DNA of 64,000 nucleotides from Eledone cirrhosa (lineage: Eukaryota), in the NCBI GenBank assembly GCA_964016885.1, contig OZ024743.1, positions 349,060,001-349,124,000 on the forward strand, written 5' to 3'. The notes beneath the pieces were generated by a model that made no database searches, had not been told where the DNA came from, and was given only the letters and a program-made list of their open reading frames with translations. Position 1 is the stretch's first letter; every line of letters starts with the position of its first letter. Below are positions 61,490 to 64,000 of the stretch, piece after piece. The translations under genes and the position numbers were made by a program.

Positions 61490-62706
61490 TAGTCCAGGTC
61501 GCATTCCCGCACTAGCCCCCAGATATAGGCCCCATCATTTTTTCATTGTAGTGGCCCTGGTACCTCCGCTCTATCTCTTTCACATATTGGTGGAATCGTT
61601 CGCCTTGTTCTTCTGAGTAGGCGCCCATTTGTCCTTGACTTTTTCCAGGTGAGCGTCCAGCATATAGGGTTTAAGCGACATCCTGCATCCCATGGCGCCA
61701 AAAACCTTTATCAGATCCTGCACCAGTTGCTGGTAGTTTTCAGTCTATAGTTGCCCAGGAAGCCCTTAACAACTTAATGTGCAGTGGTGGCATGAGCACA
61801 ATCCTGGGATTAACCAGTGGCTCCACATGACGTTCCGGGTCCCAACTACAAATTCTGTTCGCTACTCGCAGCTCTTTCTTTTGTAGTGGTCAGAAGTGTG
61901 TCTGCTGTCCCAAAGGCAGAGGAAGCATTGGAATTTGATAAAGCCTTCTTGGAGTCCGAGCAGGAAAGCCACCATCTTGAAGTCTCCAATTATTTCCCAA
62001 TTGTACTTGTTGTATTGCAGAGCTTCCAAGAGGACTTTCACACTGTAGTAATCTTCCTTCAGGCAGACTGATTGAGCTAGGGGCAGTGTCGGGAACTTGT
62101 TTCCATTGTGGGGAAGGAAAGCCTTCAAACTTGTGGTGGAGCTGTCTATAAATAGCCACCAGTCCTTGGGCCCAAACGGCACCCCAATAACGTCAAACAG
62201 TCCAGGCTCGTCAGGGCAGAAGCAGAGGCGATCCCTAAGAGCGTAAAAGCCTGAAAAAGGTTCGTGTCGACTTCTCTGTCTTGTCACCTACACTTCCTCC
62301 TTAACCAAGTTCCACTGCTTCATCCTGGAGACGAATGCTTAAAACACAACTTACCCTTTATTCAGGGTGCGAACATTCAGTATCAATAAATCTCTTTAAT
62401 CCACTTTTTAACAATTTTATACTTTATTGCACTTTTATAATTTTCTTTAGGTATTACTCTTTATTTTATAATTTTAATTTAACCTGAAACATATATACAA
62501 AAAATCATTTAGCATAAGCAAATTAAACTTACATACAGCGTAAAATTCAGCATACAAATAATTATAGTGAATAGCTTAGAATTTTTACAAACCCAAACTT
62601 TTAACTGTTTAATAGCACTTTCTTTTTATTTATTTGGGACCTAAGCAACACAAAGAAGTGATTTCAAGCCAGGAACAGGGAAAAAAAATGTTTTTGTTAC
62701 ACTGTG
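61490..62706 (-). mobile_element. Chapaev3-like (CMC) DNA transposon remnant
   Basis: WWLFIDSS..HNGNKFP..GDFKMVAFLLGLQ..CFLCLWDSR, MPPLHIKL, GCRMSLK..SEEQGERFHQ..RYQG; putative terminus cacagtgtaacaaaaa at 62691-62706 (-). Superfamily call is from motif recall. Confidence 0.75.
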
Positions 62707-62800
62707 TAATTAAAGATTCGCAGTTGATGCCTCAAGGCAAAATTTTCGAAGATATTACCACCTCGTCCTTATATTCTACTCATATGTATAAAATGGTCAT

Positions 62801-62848
<48 letters not shown>

Positions 62849-62921
62849 TATATACATATACATACACATATATACACACACACATACACACAGACACACA
62901 GACACACAGACACAGACACAG

Positions 62922-62954
<33 letters not shown>

Positions 62955-63429
62955 ATATGTGTGCGTGTGTGTGTGCGTAGTAAAGGATCGATTAGTTTAT
63001 AAATGCTGGTACAATACGTTAGAATATACGAAAAGCACATGATGGTAAATGAGTGAAAATAATACAAAGTAATGTTTTACCCAATGTATTTTAGTATATT
63101 ACAGGGCACAACCCTCATTTCAGATGTGAAGCTGAAACGTTTCAAGACAAAACAAACGAACAATTAAATTTTTTCTCCTCTAAATTGTCCTATGTTATTG
63201 AAAAATGTATACGCATGTCTGGGATTGATATAGTAAGCATTCCGTCTCCTGCGTTTCTGACTTATTATGTACATTTGGCATAAACCGTCTATGGAATTTT
63301 TTGGCTTCTTTCCAGTCTTCTTCACACTTTCCCCAGACACGTAGACAACATACAACTTTGTTTCCGCCTATCCGGTCATCGACTTAATTACAGACATCAT
63401 CGTCTCTACCGACCTCAATTGTCTTGGGC

Positions 63430-63960
63430 TCACTGCTGCTGGCATACACGAAGTGCTCCCCATGGTCATGTGCAAAACCTTTTTCCTGTATGAGGCCTAC
63501 GTATACAAACATATCTCAGAACTTATGTTGGATTGATTCTCTTAGGCCTGCTAGCCATCACGTACATTGATTTATTGGAACACACAGCACTCACCACCTG
63601 CCGCTCTTCCTCTTTCTCCATGTACGTGGATGACAAGCTAATGCTCATTTCATCGCGTGAAGAAACCACCAAGATCTATATATTCGAAACCATTGACACG
63701 TGCATAAATTTGAGGTTGAACATCCAGACACCAATTGATGCCTCTCTATACTCAACTTTTCACTAAGAGTCACAGGGAAGGGATCCAAAGTTATAAAGGA
63801 AGGATGCCTGCAGAAACACATTTGTGCGCCATGACTCCGCCCTTCCCTACAGAGCCAAATTGGCCTATATACAGAATGACATCTCCCAGAATAAGATAAG
63901 CAAATATGCAGCAAGTGTAGCGAAAAACATACCAACACGGTGAAATTCCGAAGAATTCTT
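63430..63960 (+). pseudogene. highly degenerate PLE RT fragment (third lineage)
   Basis: GLLAITYIDLLE..MYVDD..FEVEHP..FVRHDSALP across frames. Confidence 0.6.
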
Positions 63961-64000
63961 ACTGAAAAGGTCTACCATACTTCTCTTACCAAACACCGAA

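Overview
AT-rich eukaryotic non-genic DNA, dense in (TA)n/(CA)n/(GA)n microsatellites and tRNA-derived SINEs. The repeat repertoire resembles an octopod cephalopod genome (inference, not verified). I found no host protein-coding exon; most ORFs in the track are microsatellite read-throughs. Recognisable protein relics are Penelope-like element (PLE) RT/GIY-YIG pieces from at least three lineages, RTE and CR1 LINE fragments, an RNase H remnant and a Chapaev3-like transposase remnant. The main signal is about 20 non-coding fold-back (hairpin) insertions of roughly 130-1000 bp, from about 10 unrelated sequence families, sitting between (TA)n tracts. Most carry a whole or partial minimal type I hammerhead ribozyme (CUGANGA-stem II-GAAA-palindromic stem III-NUH). 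They share an architecture of one long arm with a tail, one short arm ending at an internal TA site, and a fold-back apex often at the ribozyme. One family matches the inverted pseudo-LTRs of a 3 kb PLE in the window (31231-34292). Coordinates were read by eye and may be off by a few bases.
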